In this document: piece by piece, positions 29,877 to 39,104 of the stretch
Layout: each line of letters begins with the position of its first letter
Position numbering within the stretch: the first letter of the stretch is position 1
From: Chthoniobacteraceae bacterium
GTDB lineage: Bacteria > Verrucomicrobiota > Verrucomicrobiia > Chthoniobacterales > Chthoniobacteraceae
Reading direction: 5' to 3'
NCBI GenBank assembly: GCA_031409655.1
Contig: JANNXQ010000208.1
Span: forward strand, 1 to 49,850
DNA length: 49,850 nt
Translations under genes and position numbers: made by a program
The notes under the pieces: generated by a model
Databases searched by the model: none
Told to the model about the DNA's origin: nothing
Seen by the model: only the letters and a program-made list of their open reading frames with translations

Positions 29877-31049
29877 CTACCGATCCAGCAGCAGCACCGG
29901 CATCTCGGCTCCGGGCTCGCGAACCGCCGCGATGCGGATGAGCGCATTCGTGCCAGCGAGGGCAAAGGTGTCGCCGGAACTCGACCAGCGCAGCGGTTCA
30001 GCGATCAGGCGGCCTTCGCGACCGGCGACCCGCGCCGGCCAGAAGGTCTCGCGCGCATCGCGGCGCAGCGCGGTGGTGCCGCCGATAGGGAGATCGAGAA
30101 AATCCCAGCGCGGCGCGCGACCGAGCAGGCGCTCGAGGACGAGCCGGATGCCGACGTGGAAGCAGACGAAGTGCGACACCGGATTGCCCGGGATGACCAC
30201 GGCCACCTCCGCGCCGCGCGTGGCAAAGGTGAGCGGCTTTCCGGGCCGGAGGTTGATTTTTTCAAAGTGGATCGTGTAGCCGGATTCGCGGAGCGCCCGC
30301 GCACCGAAGTCGTACTCGCCCACACTCGCCCCGCCGGAGATGAGGAGCAGGTCGGCGGGATTTTCCCCGATGAAGGTGACGATCCGCGCGAGGTCGTCGC
30401 CACTGCACGCGTGGGCGACGAGCTGCGCGCCGTCCTCGGCGACGAGCGCGGCGATGAGGGAGGAATTCGTGTCCCGGATCTGGCCCGGCGCGAGCGGCGC
30501 TGCGGGGTCGGCGAGCTCGCCGCCGGTGGCCAGATGCGCGACTCGCGGTGCCCGGGAGATGCTCGGACGGACCTGGCCGAGCTGCGCGAGGATGGCCAGC
30601 TCCGCCGGACCGAGCACGGTGCCGGCAGCGAGCACCACATCGCCCGGTCGCGCCTCCGCACCGCGCGGGCGGATGAACCGCACCGCGTCCCTCCGAAGCG
30701 GCGAGATCCATTCCCCTTCCCGGCTCACGTCCTCCTGCTTCAGCACTTGCGAAGCTCCCGACGGCACGGCGCCACCTGTGAAGATGCGCACACATTCCCC
30801 CGCTTGTATCGCGAGCGCCGAATCAGCGCCTGGCGCGATCTCCCCGATCACCCGAAAGCGCTCCGACGAATCTTCTGCGCCGAGCGCGTAGCCGTCCATC
30901 ATCGCGCGATCCAGCTCCGGGAAAAACTCGCGCGCCGTGGCAGTCTCCCGGAGCACCCCGCCAAGCGCAGCGTGCAGCGCGACCGTAGTGGGCGGGACGG
31001 CTCGCGTGTGCTCAGCGATGATGCGGCGCGCTTCTTCGAGGGAAATCAT
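29877..31049 (-). CDS. moeA: Molybdopterin molybdotransferase
   Basis: AMMDGYA, RIFTGG.VP, ATGGEL, SGGASVG, RPGKP, PGNPVS. Confidence 0.95.
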   Translation of the reverse strand: MISLEEARRIIAEHTRAVPPTTVALHAALGGVLRETATAREFFPELDRAMMDGYALGAEDSSERFRVIGEIAPGADSALAIQAGECVRIFTGGAVPSGASQVLKQEDVSREGEWISPLRRDAVRFIRPRGAEARPGDVVLAAGTVLGPAELAILAQLGQVRPSISRAPRVAHLATGGELADPAAPLAPGQIRDTNSSLIAALVAEDGAQLVAHACSGDDLARIVTFIGENPADLLLISGGASVGEYDFGARALRESGYTIHFEKINLRPGKPLTFATRGAEVAVVIPGNPVSHFVCFHVGIRLVLERLLGRAPRWDFLDLPIGGTTALRRDARETFWPARVAGREGRLIAEPLRWSSSGDTFALAGTNALIRIAAVREPGAEMPVLLLDR

Positions 31050-31098
31050 GGCAACCGAAGTAGTAGCCGCGAACGCCGGACCCGGCTACATCGCAGCG

Positions 31099-31329
31099 AT
31101 GCAGGTCAGACTCCTCGCCTTTGCGCAAACGCGCGACCAACTCGGCTTTGACGAGCGGCTCGTGGAGTGCGCCGCTGCCGATACGCCGCGTACCCTGCTC
31201 GCGCGACTCGCTCCCCACTTCTCCCCCACCGGCCTGCGCGTCGCGGTGGATTGCGAGTATCGCGACTGGGACGCCCCACTCGGAAGCGCCGAGGAAGTCG
31301 CCATCATCCCACCCGTGAGCGGAGGCTAG
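31099..31329 (+). CDS. moaD: Molybdopterin synthase sulfur carrier
   Basis: Ubiquitin-like, ends IIPPVSGG. Confidence 0.93.
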   Translation: MQVRLLAFAQTRDQLGFDERLVECAAADTPRTLLARLAPHFSPTGLRVAVDCEYRDWDAPLGSAEEVAIIPPVSGG

Positions 31330-31710
31330 ATGGAAAAGCTCATCACCTTCACCCGCGAGCCGATCGTCGTGCCGCCCACGGTGCTGCCAAGTCGCGAGAT
31401 CGGCGCGTGCGTCGAGTTTCAAGGCATCGTGCGCGAGATCGAAGGCGAGCGAGCTCTTGCAGGCCTGGACTACGAAGCCTACGAGCCGATGGCCGTGCGG
31501 CAGCTTCACCGCATCTTCGATGAACTTCACGCCGCCCTCGGTTGCGCCGCGGTCATTTTCATCCATCGCCTCGGCTGGGTCCCAGTCGGCGAGGCCTCGC
31601 TCTTCGTCCGGGTGCTCGCCGCGCATCGCGGTGCGGCGCTGCGTTTCTGCGGCGACGCGATCGACCGCATGAAGGCCGACGTGCCGATCTGGAAACGCGC
31701 CCCGCGCTAG
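31330..31710 (+). CDS. moaE: Molybdopterin synthase catalytic subunit
   Basis: F.GIVR, LDYEAY, HRLG, AHR, K..VPIWK. Confidence 0.93.
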   Translation: MEKLITFTREPIVVPPTVLPSREIGACVEFQGIVREIEGERALAGLDYEAYEPMAVRQLHRIFDELHAALGCAAVIFIHRLGWVPVGEASLFVRVLAAHRGAALRFCGDAIDRMKADVPIWKRAPR

Positions 31711-32630
31711 CTCTTCGCGTCGGACGGCTCGATGTGAACGAGCACGTCCGCCACCCGCGGTTGCGCCGCCCGCACCCCATCCTTCACGGCATGTGCGATG
31801 CGGTGCCCTTCGCGGACGCTCAGCCCGCCATCCACCCCGACGTGGATGTCCACATAGAATTCGACGCCCATCTTCCGCACGCGACATTTCTCCACTTCGA
31901 TCACCCCAGGCACCTCGGCAGCAGCGGCCCGCACGCTGTCCTGGAGTTCGCGCGGCGGCGCCGTGTCCATGATCTCGTGGACTGCGGGCACGAGCAGCCG
32001 CCAGCCATTGAAGCCGATGATGCCGCAAGTGAAGAGCGCGGCCCAATCATCCGCCGGCTCCCAACCTTTTCCCCCAATGAGCGCGACCGAGATGCCGATG
32101 AAAGCGCCGGCAGAAGTGATCGCATCCGAGCGGTGATGCCAGGCATCCGTCTTCACCGCGAGGCTGCCGAGATCCTCCGCCGCGCGCGCCACTTTCCGGA
32201 AGAGCGTCTCCTTCACCAACATCACGAGCACCAGCACTGCGAGAGTGAATGGCGCGGGCGCGTGATGCGGCGTGATGATCTCGTGAAAGCTCTGCACCGC
32301 CAGGCCGAAGGCCGCGGCGATGACGATGAGCGCGACCGCCACCGAGGCCACCGGCTCCGCTTTGCCGTGCCCATACGGGTGCGTCTCATCGGGCGGTTCC
32401 GCGGCGACTTTCAGGCCAAACCAGAGCAGCAGCGAACCGAAGATATCGAGCGTGGACTCGATGCCATCCGCGATCAGCGCGTAGCAGTGCCCGAGCAGTC
32501 CGCTGACGATCTTGACCAGCGCGAGCGCGAAATTCACGACCACACCGAGGAGCGCGAGTTGCGTGCCGGAGCCGATCCCCAGCGTGCCCTGCGGGTTCGG
32601 CGCGGCGGAAGATTTGCTGGGCTCGATCAC
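31707..32630 (-). CDS. Cation diffusion facilitator transporter
   Basis: ALIADG..S..D, HPYGHGKAE, DAWHHRSD, HIEP; GTG start inferred from upstream TACGCT. Confidence 0.9.
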   Translation of the reverse strand: MIEPSKSSAAPNPQGTLGIGSGTQLALLGVVVNFALALVKIVSGLLGHCYALIADGIESTLDIFGSLLLWFGLKVAAEPPDETHPYGHGKAEPVASVAVALIVIAAAFGLAVQSFHEIITPHHAPAPFTLAVLVLVMLVKETLFRKVARAAEDLGSLAVKTDAWHHRSDAITSAGAFIGISVALIGGKGWEPADDWAALFTCGIIGFNGWRLLVPAVHEIMDTAPPRELQDSVRAAAAEVPGVIEVEKCRVRKMGVEFYVDIHVGVDGGLSVREGHRIAHAVKDGVRAAQPRVADVLVHIEPSDAKS

Positions 32631-32715
32631 GGCGCGGGAGCGTAGAGGCGCGCGGATGAAAGTCAGCGCGATAGTTTGCCGTCGCGCCGCCCCTGCACGT
32701 ATCCCATTGGACCCC

Positions 32716-33363
32716 ATGTCTGCCGCGAAAGCCCTCACCACCCTGCGCAAGCTCGTCCAGCTCACGCTGCTTTTTGGCCTGCTCGCCGGGATCCTCTTTT
32801 CCGCCGGTGTCTGGGAAGGCTGGACGACGAAAGGCCAGCTCGCCCCGAGCGGTGGCCGGTACTTTTTCCAGCGCCTCGAACTCCCCGTCCCCAGCTTCCG
32901 CCAGGGCGACGAACGCTGGCGCGCCGACCGCCTCGGCCCCACGCCGAACACCATGGGCGCGGAAGGTTGCGCCGTTTCCTCCGCCGCGATGGTGCTCGCG
33001 AGCTACGGTATCGACACCGATCCAGGCCGCCTGAATGCCTTCCTCAAAACGAACGAGGGCTACACGCCGCAAGGCTGGATCTATTGGGAAAAAGCCGCCG
33101 AGTTAGCGCCCGAGCGCGTGCGCCACGTCTATGAAGATCTGCCGACCTACCAACTTATCGACCGCAACCTCGCGCGCGGGAATCCCGTGATCGTCCGTCT
33201 CCGCTATCCGAGCGGCATCACCCACTTTGTAGTCCTCGCCGGCAAGCAGGGCTACGACTACCTCACCCGCGACCCCGGCGCCGGCGCGGCCAAAGGGCTC
33301 TATCCGCTGCGCGAATTCGGCAACAAGATCGAAGCGCTGCGGTTTTATGAAAAGCTGCCCTAG
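32716..33363 (+). CDS. C39-like peptidase
   Basis: N-terminal TM, Q.D.RW, GCAVSS (Cys), HFVV (His), DP (Asp). Confidence 0.82.
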   Translation: MSAAKALTTLRKLVQLTLLFGLLAGILFSAGVWEGWTTKGQLAPSGGRYFFQRLELPVPSFRQGDERWRADRLGPTPNTMGAEGCAVSSAAMVLASYGIDTDPGRLNAFLKTNEGYTPQGWIYWEKAAELAPERVRHVYEDLPTYQLIDRNLARGNPVIVRLRYPSGITHFVVLAGKQGYDYLTRDPGAGAAKGLYPLREFGNKIEALRFYEKLP

Positions 33364-33381
33364 CATTTTGCGCGGAGCATT

Positions 33382-33411
33382 TTGGAGTGCGGCGCGTCCT
33401 CGCGCCGCTTT
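33382..33411. repeat. GGAG-type REP-like hairpin
   Basis: TTGGAGTGCGGCGCGTCCTCGCGCCGCTTT. Confidence 0.6.
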
Positions 33412-33447
33412 CTCCACGAGCGCGAATCCACCAACTCCGTCCCGCCA

Positions 33448-34845
33448 ATGACCACTCTCGTCCCCGATCTCACCGCGCTCCTCGCTCCGTCGCGCGTGCT
33501 CCATCAGCCCGAGGACTTGCTGACCTACGGCTTCGATGGCACCGCGGCGCTCAGTGCGCCCGCGACTTGCGTGGTGCTGCCCGAGACGACGGAGGAAGTC
33601 GCGCGCGTCATGCGTTACGCGGCAGAGCATCGCGTGCCAATCGTCACGCGTGGCTCCGGCACGGGCTTGAGCGGCGGCAGCGTGCCCGTCCCTGGCGGCA
33701 TCGTGCTCTGCCTCGTGCGCATGGATCGCATCCTCGAACTCGACGAACGCAACCTCACCGTGCTCGCCGAGTCCGGCGCAATCACGCAGCAGATCGCCGA
33801 TGCCGCTGATGCCGTCGGGCTGCTCTATCCGCCCGATCCGGGCTCGATGAAAATTTCCACCATCGGCGGCAACGTCGCGGAAAACTCCGGCGGTCTGCGC
33901 GGGCTGAAGTATGGCGTCACGCGCGATTACGTGATGGGTCTCGAAGTCGTGCTCGCCACCGGCGAAGTCGTCTGGCTCGGGAACAAGTGCGTGAAGGACG
34001 TGGCGGGTTATTCGATGAAGGACCTCTTCATCGGCAGCGAAGGCACGCTCGGCATCATCACCAAAGTGCTGCTCAAGCTCGTGCCCAAGCCCGCCGCGAA
34101 GAAGACGCAACTCGCGACCTTCACCACCATGAGCGCCGCCGCGGATACGGTGTCCGCGATCATCGCCGCGAAGATCATCCCCTGCACCCTGGAGTTCCTC
34201 GACAAGGTCACCATCCGCTGCGTCGAGGACTTCGCGAAGGTCGGACTGCCGCTGGATTGCGAGGCTATCCTGCTCATGGAGACGGATGGCCATCCCGCCG
34301 TGGTTGCCGAGCAGGCGGAGACGATGGAGAAGATCGCGCGGCAGTGCGGCGCGGTGAGTGTCGTCACCGCGAAGGACGCCGCCGAAGCCGCCCGTCTCGC
34401 CACCGCGCGTCGTGCCGCCTTCTCGTCCCTCGCCCGCGTCGCGCCCACCACGATCCTCGAAGACGCCACCGTGCCCCGCAGCGAACTCACGAAGATGATC
34501 AATTTCATCCAGGAGGTCGGCGCGCGTCACCGCCTGCGCATCGGCACCTTTGGCCACATGGGCGACGGCAATCTGCATCCCACCTTCCTCACCGACGAAC
34601 GCAACGCCGACGAGATGCACCGCGTCGAACTGGCGATGCGCGAGATCTTCGACTTCGCCGTAAAACTCGGCGGCACCATCACCGGCGAACACGGCGTCGG
34701 CCTCGCGAAGAAGAGCTTCCTGCGCGGTGCCATCGGCGACGCCAGCCTCACCCTGATGCGCCAACTCAAGACTGCGCTTGATCCGCACGGCCTGCTGAAT
34801 CCGGGGAAGATTTTCGACGCAGCCTCTGATAGCGTGCGCCCATGA
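33448..34845 (+). CDS. glcD: FAD-linked oxidase, glycolate oxidase subunit GlcD-like
   Basis: RGSGTGLSGG, YPPDPGS, KYGVTRDYV, GSEGTLG, GHMGDGNLHP, TGEHGVG, LNPGK. Confidence 0.9.
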   Translation: MTTLVPDLTALLAPSRVLHQPEDLLTYGFDGTAALSAPATCVVLPETTEEVARVMRYAAEHRVPIVTRGSGTGLSGGSVPVPGGIVLCLVRMDRILELDERNLTVLAESGAITQQIADAADAVGLLYPPDPGSMKISTIGGNVAENSGGLRGLKYGVTRDYVMGLEVVLATGEVVWLGNKCVKDVAGYSMKDLFIGSEGTLGIITKVLLKLVPKPAAKKTQLATFTTMSAAADTVSAIIAAKIIPCTLEFLDKVTIRCVEDFAKVGLPLDCEAILLMETDGHPAVVAEQAETMEKIARQCGAVSVVTAKDAAEAARLATARRAAFSSLARVAPTTILEDATVPRSELTKMINFIQEVGARHRLRIGTFGHMGDGNLHPTFLTDERNADEMHRVELAMREIFDFAVKLGGTITGEHGVGLAKKSFLRGAIGDASLTLMRQLKTALDPHGLLNPGKIFDAASDSVRP

Positions 34846-35078
34846 AGTTCGACCGCATCACCATCGAGCCCGGAAAAATGAACGGCCAGCCGTGCATCCG
34901 CGGCTATCGGCTCACCGTCCGCCGCGTGCTGGATATCGTCGCGACCTACAAGACCGCGGATGCGTGGAAGAAGGATTATCCTGAGTTGGAGGCCGAGGAT
35001 GCTGAGCAGGCGTTGCGATTTGCTGCTGAGGCGCTCGATGAGAGCGTGGATTGGGAGGAACTAGTGGCCGCCGAATGA
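34842..35078 (+). CDS. DUF433 family antitoxin-like protein
   Basis: RITIEPGKMNGQPCIRGYRLTV, DYPEL..ED. Confidence 0.9.
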   Translation: MKFDRITIEPGKMNGQPCIRGYRLTVRRVLDIVATYKTADAWKKDYPELEAEDAEQALRFAAEALDESVDWEELVAAE

Positions 35079-35440
35079 AGTTGTTTCTCGACCAGGGAAC
35101 GCCTCTGTCCTCAGCGTCGATGTTTCGCTCGGCGGGGGTGGATGCGGTCCATGCGACAGAACTCGGGATGGCCCGTGCGCCAGATCACGAAATCGTCGCT
35201 CGAGCGCATGCCGAGGGGCGCATCGTTGTCAGCTTCGACCGCGATTTTCCTCAGTTGCTGGCGTTGACGCGTGCGGCCTCTCCGTCGGTGATCATGGTGC
35301 GGCGCCAAGGTCTGCGAGCGCACGATTTCTTTGTCCTCATTTCAGAAGTGCTGCGCGACTTTGGAAGCTGGCTGGCGCAAGGAGGCATCGTTTCAATTGG
35401 GAAAACGCGACCACGATTTCGCCGACTGCCGATCCGATGA
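35075..35440 (+). CDS. DUF5615 PIN-like toxin
   Basis: MKLFLDQ, DAVH, D.EI, RIVVSFDRDF, RRLPI. Confidence 0.88.
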   Translation: MKLFLDQGTPLSSASMFRSAGVDAVHATELGMARAPDHEIVARAHAEGRIVVSFDRDFPQLLALTRAASPSVIMVRRQGLRAHDFFVLISEVLRDFGSWLAQGGIVSIGKTRPRFRRLPIR

Positions 35441-36762
35441 GCTCGGGGCCGCTCCACCTCGAGCATCTCGACTACTCCGTGCTCCAGCAGTGCATGCACT
35501 GCGGGATGTGTCTGCCGACGTGCCCGACCTATGTGGAGACGAAGCTCGAGCGCAATAGCCCGCGCGGGCGCATCGCGCTGATGCGCGGGATCGCGGATGG
35601 GAAGCTCGGCGTCACCGAGGCGTTCGGTGAGGAGATGTACTTCTGCCTTGGCTGTCTCGCGTGCGAGTCCGCGTGCCCAGCGGGGGTGAGCTACGCGCCG
35701 ATGTTTGAAGCCGCGCGCGCGGACATCGAGGACGCGCAGGTGCTCGCGCATCCGCAGCGTGACTTCGTGCGCGCGATCATGCTGCGGCTCGTCTTCACGC
35801 GTCCGTGGCTGCTGCGCGCGCTCGGGCGCGTGCTGCGGTGGTATCAAGCGTCGGGAGCGGAGTGGCTCGTGCGCAAGCTCCGGCTCACGGCGCTGCTCCC
35901 GCGCAATCTACGCGAGCTTGAGCCGCTCACTCCGCGCGTGCAGCGCGACTTTTCCGACGCCCTCATCGGCGAGCACGAGGTGCCGCGCGAGGAGCCGCGT
36001 CATCGGGTTGGGATGCTCACCGGCTGCGTGCAGGATCTCACGTATTCCCATGTGAACCGCGACACCGTGGATGTGCTCCTCGCAAACGGCTGCGAGGTCG
36101 TCACCCCCGGCGCCCAGCACTGTTGCGGTTCGCTCCACGCGCACAATGGCGAACTGCACTGGGCGCGCGAGATGGCCCGCCGCAACGTCGACGCCATGGA
36201 GCGCAGCGCCGGTTCGCTCGACGCGCTCAACGCGATCATCACGAATGCCGCCGGCTGCGGCTCGCATCTCAAGCACTACGACGAGCTGCTCGCCGACGAT
36301 CCCCGCTACGCGGCCCGCGCGAGGGTCTGGTCCGCGAAGCTTCGCGACATTCACGAATGGCTGTCTGCGACTGGCATCGCGACGCCTAAAACCCGCTCTC
36401 AACCCTGCTCCCCCGTGACGTATCACGAAGCGTGTCACCTTTGCCACGGACAGAAGATCACGCGCGAGCCGCGCGAAGTGCTGAAGGCGATCCCCGGGCT
36501 GAAACTCGTCGAACTCCCCGAGTCCACCTGGTGCTGCGGCAGCGCCGGGATTTACAATATCACGCAGCCCGAAATGTCCGCGAAGCTGCTCGCCCGGAAA
36601 CTCGAAAACATCGCCAAGACCGGCGCGAAGGTCGTCGCCTCCGCCAATCCCGGCTGCTCCGTGCAACTCGAAGCCGGCGTGCGCGCCGCAGGCAGCGGCC
36701 TCGAGGTCGTGCATCCCATCACCCTGCTCGCGCGCGCTTATCGCGATGGCGGTGCATCCTGA
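35437..36762 (+). CDS. glcF: Fe-S subunit GlcF-like (2x 4Fe-4S plus CCG domains)
   Basis: CMHCGMCLPTCP, SPRGRI, CLGCLACESACP, CCGS twice, ANPGC. Confidence 0.9.
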   Translation: MSSGPLHLEHLDYSVLQQCMHCGMCLPTCPTYVETKLERNSPRGRIALMRGIADGKLGVTEAFGEEMYFCLGCLACESACPAGVSYAPMFEAARADIEDAQVLAHPQRDFVRAIMLRLVFTRPWLLRALGRVLRWYQASGAEWLVRKLRLTALLPRNLRELEPLTPRVQRDFSDALIGEHEVPREEPRHRVGMLTGCVQDLTYSHVNRDTVDVLLANGCEVVTPGAQHCCGSLHAHNGELHWAREMARRNVDAMERSAGSLDALNAIITNAAGCGSHLKHYDELLADDPRYAARARVWSAKLRDIHEWLSATGIATPKTRSQPCSPVTYHEACHLCHGQKITREPREVLKAIPGLKLVELPESTWCCGSAGIYNITQPEMSAKLLARKLENIAKTGAKVVASANPGCSVQLEAGVRAAGSGLEVVHPITLLARAYRDGGAS

Positions 36763-36783
36763 CGCTCGCTAGAAAAACGCCCG

Positions 36784-38142
36784 ATGCCCGACGACCTCTT
36801 CGCCCCACCCGAGCCACCCGCGAGCGAGCCGCACGTCTTTTCCGTCTCGGAATTCACGCGCACCGTGCGCGCGGTCCTCGAAGAGACGGTCGGCAGCGTT
36901 TGGGTCGAGGGCGAGGTGAGCAATTACCGCAAGCAACCGAGCGGCCATCAGTATTTCACGCTGAAGGACGCGGGCTCGCAGCTCCCGTGCGTCTGGTTCG
37001 CCGCCCGCGGCGGCTCCGCCTGGCGCAAGCAGACGCCGCTCGCCGATGGCATGCAGGTGCAGGTGCGCGGCGGGCTGACGGTGTATGAAGCGCGCGGGCA
37101 GTATCAGCTCAATGTGCAGCTCGTGCAGGCTGCGGGCGCGGGCTTGCTCCAGGCGAAGTTCGAGGCGCTCAAGCGGATGCTCGAAGCGGAGGGACTGTTC
37201 GCGCCGGATCGCAAACGTCCGCTGCCGAAATTCCCCGCCGCCATCGGTATCGTCACCTCCGCGACCGGCGCGGCGCTGCGCGACATGCTGAACGTCCTCG
37301 GTCGCCGCGCCCCGTGGGTCCGCGTGGTGGTGAGTCCGGCGCGGGTGCAGGGCGATGGCGCGGCGGAGGAAATCGTGCGCGCTCTCCAGGATCTGAATCG
37401 TCTCGAAGAGTGCGGGCTGCCACCGGTCGAGGTCATCGTCGTCGGGCGTGGCGGCGGTAGCGTGGAGGACTTGTGGGCCTTCAATGAGGAGATCCTCGCG
37501 CGCGCCATCGCGGCGTCGGCGATTCCGGTCGTCTCCGCCGTCGGACACGAGATCGACTTCACCATCGCCGACTTCGTCGCCGACCTGCGCGCGCCGACGC
37601 CGAGCGCGGCGGCGGAGTTGATCGTGCCCGATGCGGTGGAACTCCTCCGCCAGATCGGGCAATTTGCCTTCCGAGCGCAGCGGCAAATCACCTCTCGCCT
37701 GCTGCAATGGCGGCAGCGCTTCGATCTCGCGGCGGACGCCTTGCAGCGCGCCACCGAGGATGCCGTGAGCGCAAAGCGCCGCCGCTTGGACGCCGTCTCC
37801 GCCAGCCTGCGTGAGTATCGGCCCGATCAACTCCTCGCGCTGAACCGCGAGCGTCTGGCTGGCTTGCGCGGGCGACTCCTCGAACACGGGCGCCGGACGG
37901 TCGCGGAACGCCGCCAGCGCTTTGAGAAGGCCGCGGCGATGCTGCGCCTGCTCTCGCCCGTAGCCACGCTCGCGCGCGGCTACAGCATCACGACCACCGA
38001 GTCTGGCCAGCCCCTCGTCTCCGTGCAGGCCGTGCAGCCGGGAGCGAAGCTCATCACCGCACTGCGCGACGGGACGGTGCATTCCACCGTCGAGAGCACC
38101 GATCCAGAAACCAGGGCCCGCGTGCGGAGGAAGTCTGGGTAG
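36784..38142 (+). CDS. xseA: Exodeoxyribonuclease VII large subunit
   Basis: WVEGEVSN, SGHQYFTLKD, TGAALRD, RGGGSVEDL, SAVGHEIDF, APTPSAAAE, RGYS. Confidence 0.96.
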   Translation: MPDDLFAPPEPPASEPHVFSVSEFTRTVRAVLEETVGSVWVEGEVSNYRKQPSGHQYFTLKDAGSQLPCVWFAARGGSAWRKQTPLADGMQVQVRGGLTVYEARGQYQLNVQLVQAAGAGLLQAKFEALKRMLEAEGLFAPDRKRPLPKFPAAIGIVTSATGAALRDMLNVLGRRAPWVRVVVSPARVQGDGAAEEIVRALQDLNRLEECGLPPVEVIVVGRGGGSVEDLWAFNEEILARAIAASAIPVVSAVGHEIDFTIADFVADLRAPTPSAAAELIVPDAVELLRQIGQFAFRAQRQITSRLLQWRQRFDLAADALQRATEDAVSAKRRRLDAVSASLREYRPDQLLALNRERLAGLRGRLLEHGRRTVAERRQRFEKAAAMLRLLSPVATLARGYSITTTESGQPLVSVQAVQPGAKLITALRDGTVHSTVESTDPETRARVRRKSG

Positions 38143-38337
38143 CATACGCAGACCGCGTGTGGGTCGTCGCGTCCCGCGACGACGACCTTCCCTCCGCGAT
38201 CGATCCTCGCGAGAGTTCCTCGCCCGCAGACACCGCAGGCTGGTCTTCCCTGCGCGGAGCTCTTGTGGATTCGCGCGCCTCAGAAAGTTCGTCGTCGCGG
38301 GACGCACCGACCGACACGCGAGACGCGGATGCTACCC
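38137..38337. repeat. REPIN with ~53-bp GTAG-terminated arms
   Basis: 38137-38189 GGGTAGCATACGC...CGACGACGACCTT vs reverse complement of 38285-38337 GGGTAGCATCCGC...CGACGACGAACTT. Confidence 0.85.
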
Positions 38338-39000
38338 GGACCACCGCCAAGAGCCAAGCCGCGCGACGAATCCCGCCAGCGCCTCCTGCTCCGCGTTGAG
38401 CCCGTTGTTCCCGCGATAGGTGAGATTCCCGAGCACGCCGTAGAGCAGGAAATCCGCATACACCGGCGTATCGCCGAAGAGGAATGGCGAGTGCCGCAGC
38501 GTCGTCTCGCAGCGCGCGAGCAGCCGATCCGCTTCCGCGCGAATCGACGTCGCCTCGCGCCGCCACTGCTCCACACAGCCCCGGCCAAACTTCCGCTCCT
38601 TGTGCCGCAGGAAAAGCCCGCGCGCCACCGGATCAGTGATGCGATCGAGCGTGAATGGATCCTGCAACCGGAACGTATGAAACTCCAAGTCGTCACCCAG
38701 GAACTCGACGACGATCTGCTGCAAGCCATCGAGCCGCTCGGGAAAGAGCCGCCCGCCGGCAAATTGCCGATCCACGTAGCGGGCCACATCTTCACTGTCT
38801 GCGGCCGACTCAAAGACGACGCGATCTCGATGCACCAGCACCGGCACCTGATAGTAAGCGCCATTGGTCAGCCGCAGCAGTTCCGTGCGATCCCAGTTCG
38901 GAATTTCGCGGCGCTCAAATTCCCGCCCGCAGGCGCGGAGAGCAGCGGTGATCGGAATGCAAAACGGGCTGCACTCCATCTCGTAGATGGTGAGGCTCAT
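38332..39000 (-). CDS. Glutathione S-transferase family protein
   Basis: SPFC, QVPVL, ES, FLFGD.P.YADF. Confidence 0.82.
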   Translation of the reverse strand: MSLTIYEMECSPFCIPITAALRACGREFERREIPNWDRTELLRLTNGAYYQVPVLVHRDRVVFESAADSEDVARYVDRQFAGGRLFPERLDGLQQIVVEFLGDDLEFHTFRLQDPFTLDRITDPVARGLFLRHKERKFGRGCVEQWRREATSIRAEADRLLARCETTLRHSPFLFGDTPVYADFLLYGVLGNLTYRGNNGLNAEQEALAGFVARLGSWRWSG

Positions 39001-39008
39001 GCCGCGCT

Positions 39009-39093
39009 TGTAGCGCCAGTCTGGGACTGTCGCCATCCCTTTTGCCAGGCGATCTTCGAGACATGTTTGCGACGGTCATCGACCGCCGCTACA
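39009..39093. repeat. GTAG-type REP doublet between divergent genes
   Basis: TGTAGCGCCAGTCTGGGACTGTCGC ... GCGACGGTCATCGACCGCCGCTACA, 19/25 complementary. Confidence 0.7.
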
Positions 39094-39104
39094 TACGGCT
39101 GACC

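Noticed and set aside
31050..31098. Moco riboswitch near moeA/moaD
   Set aside because: Only 49 bp of intergenic space; no room for the motif
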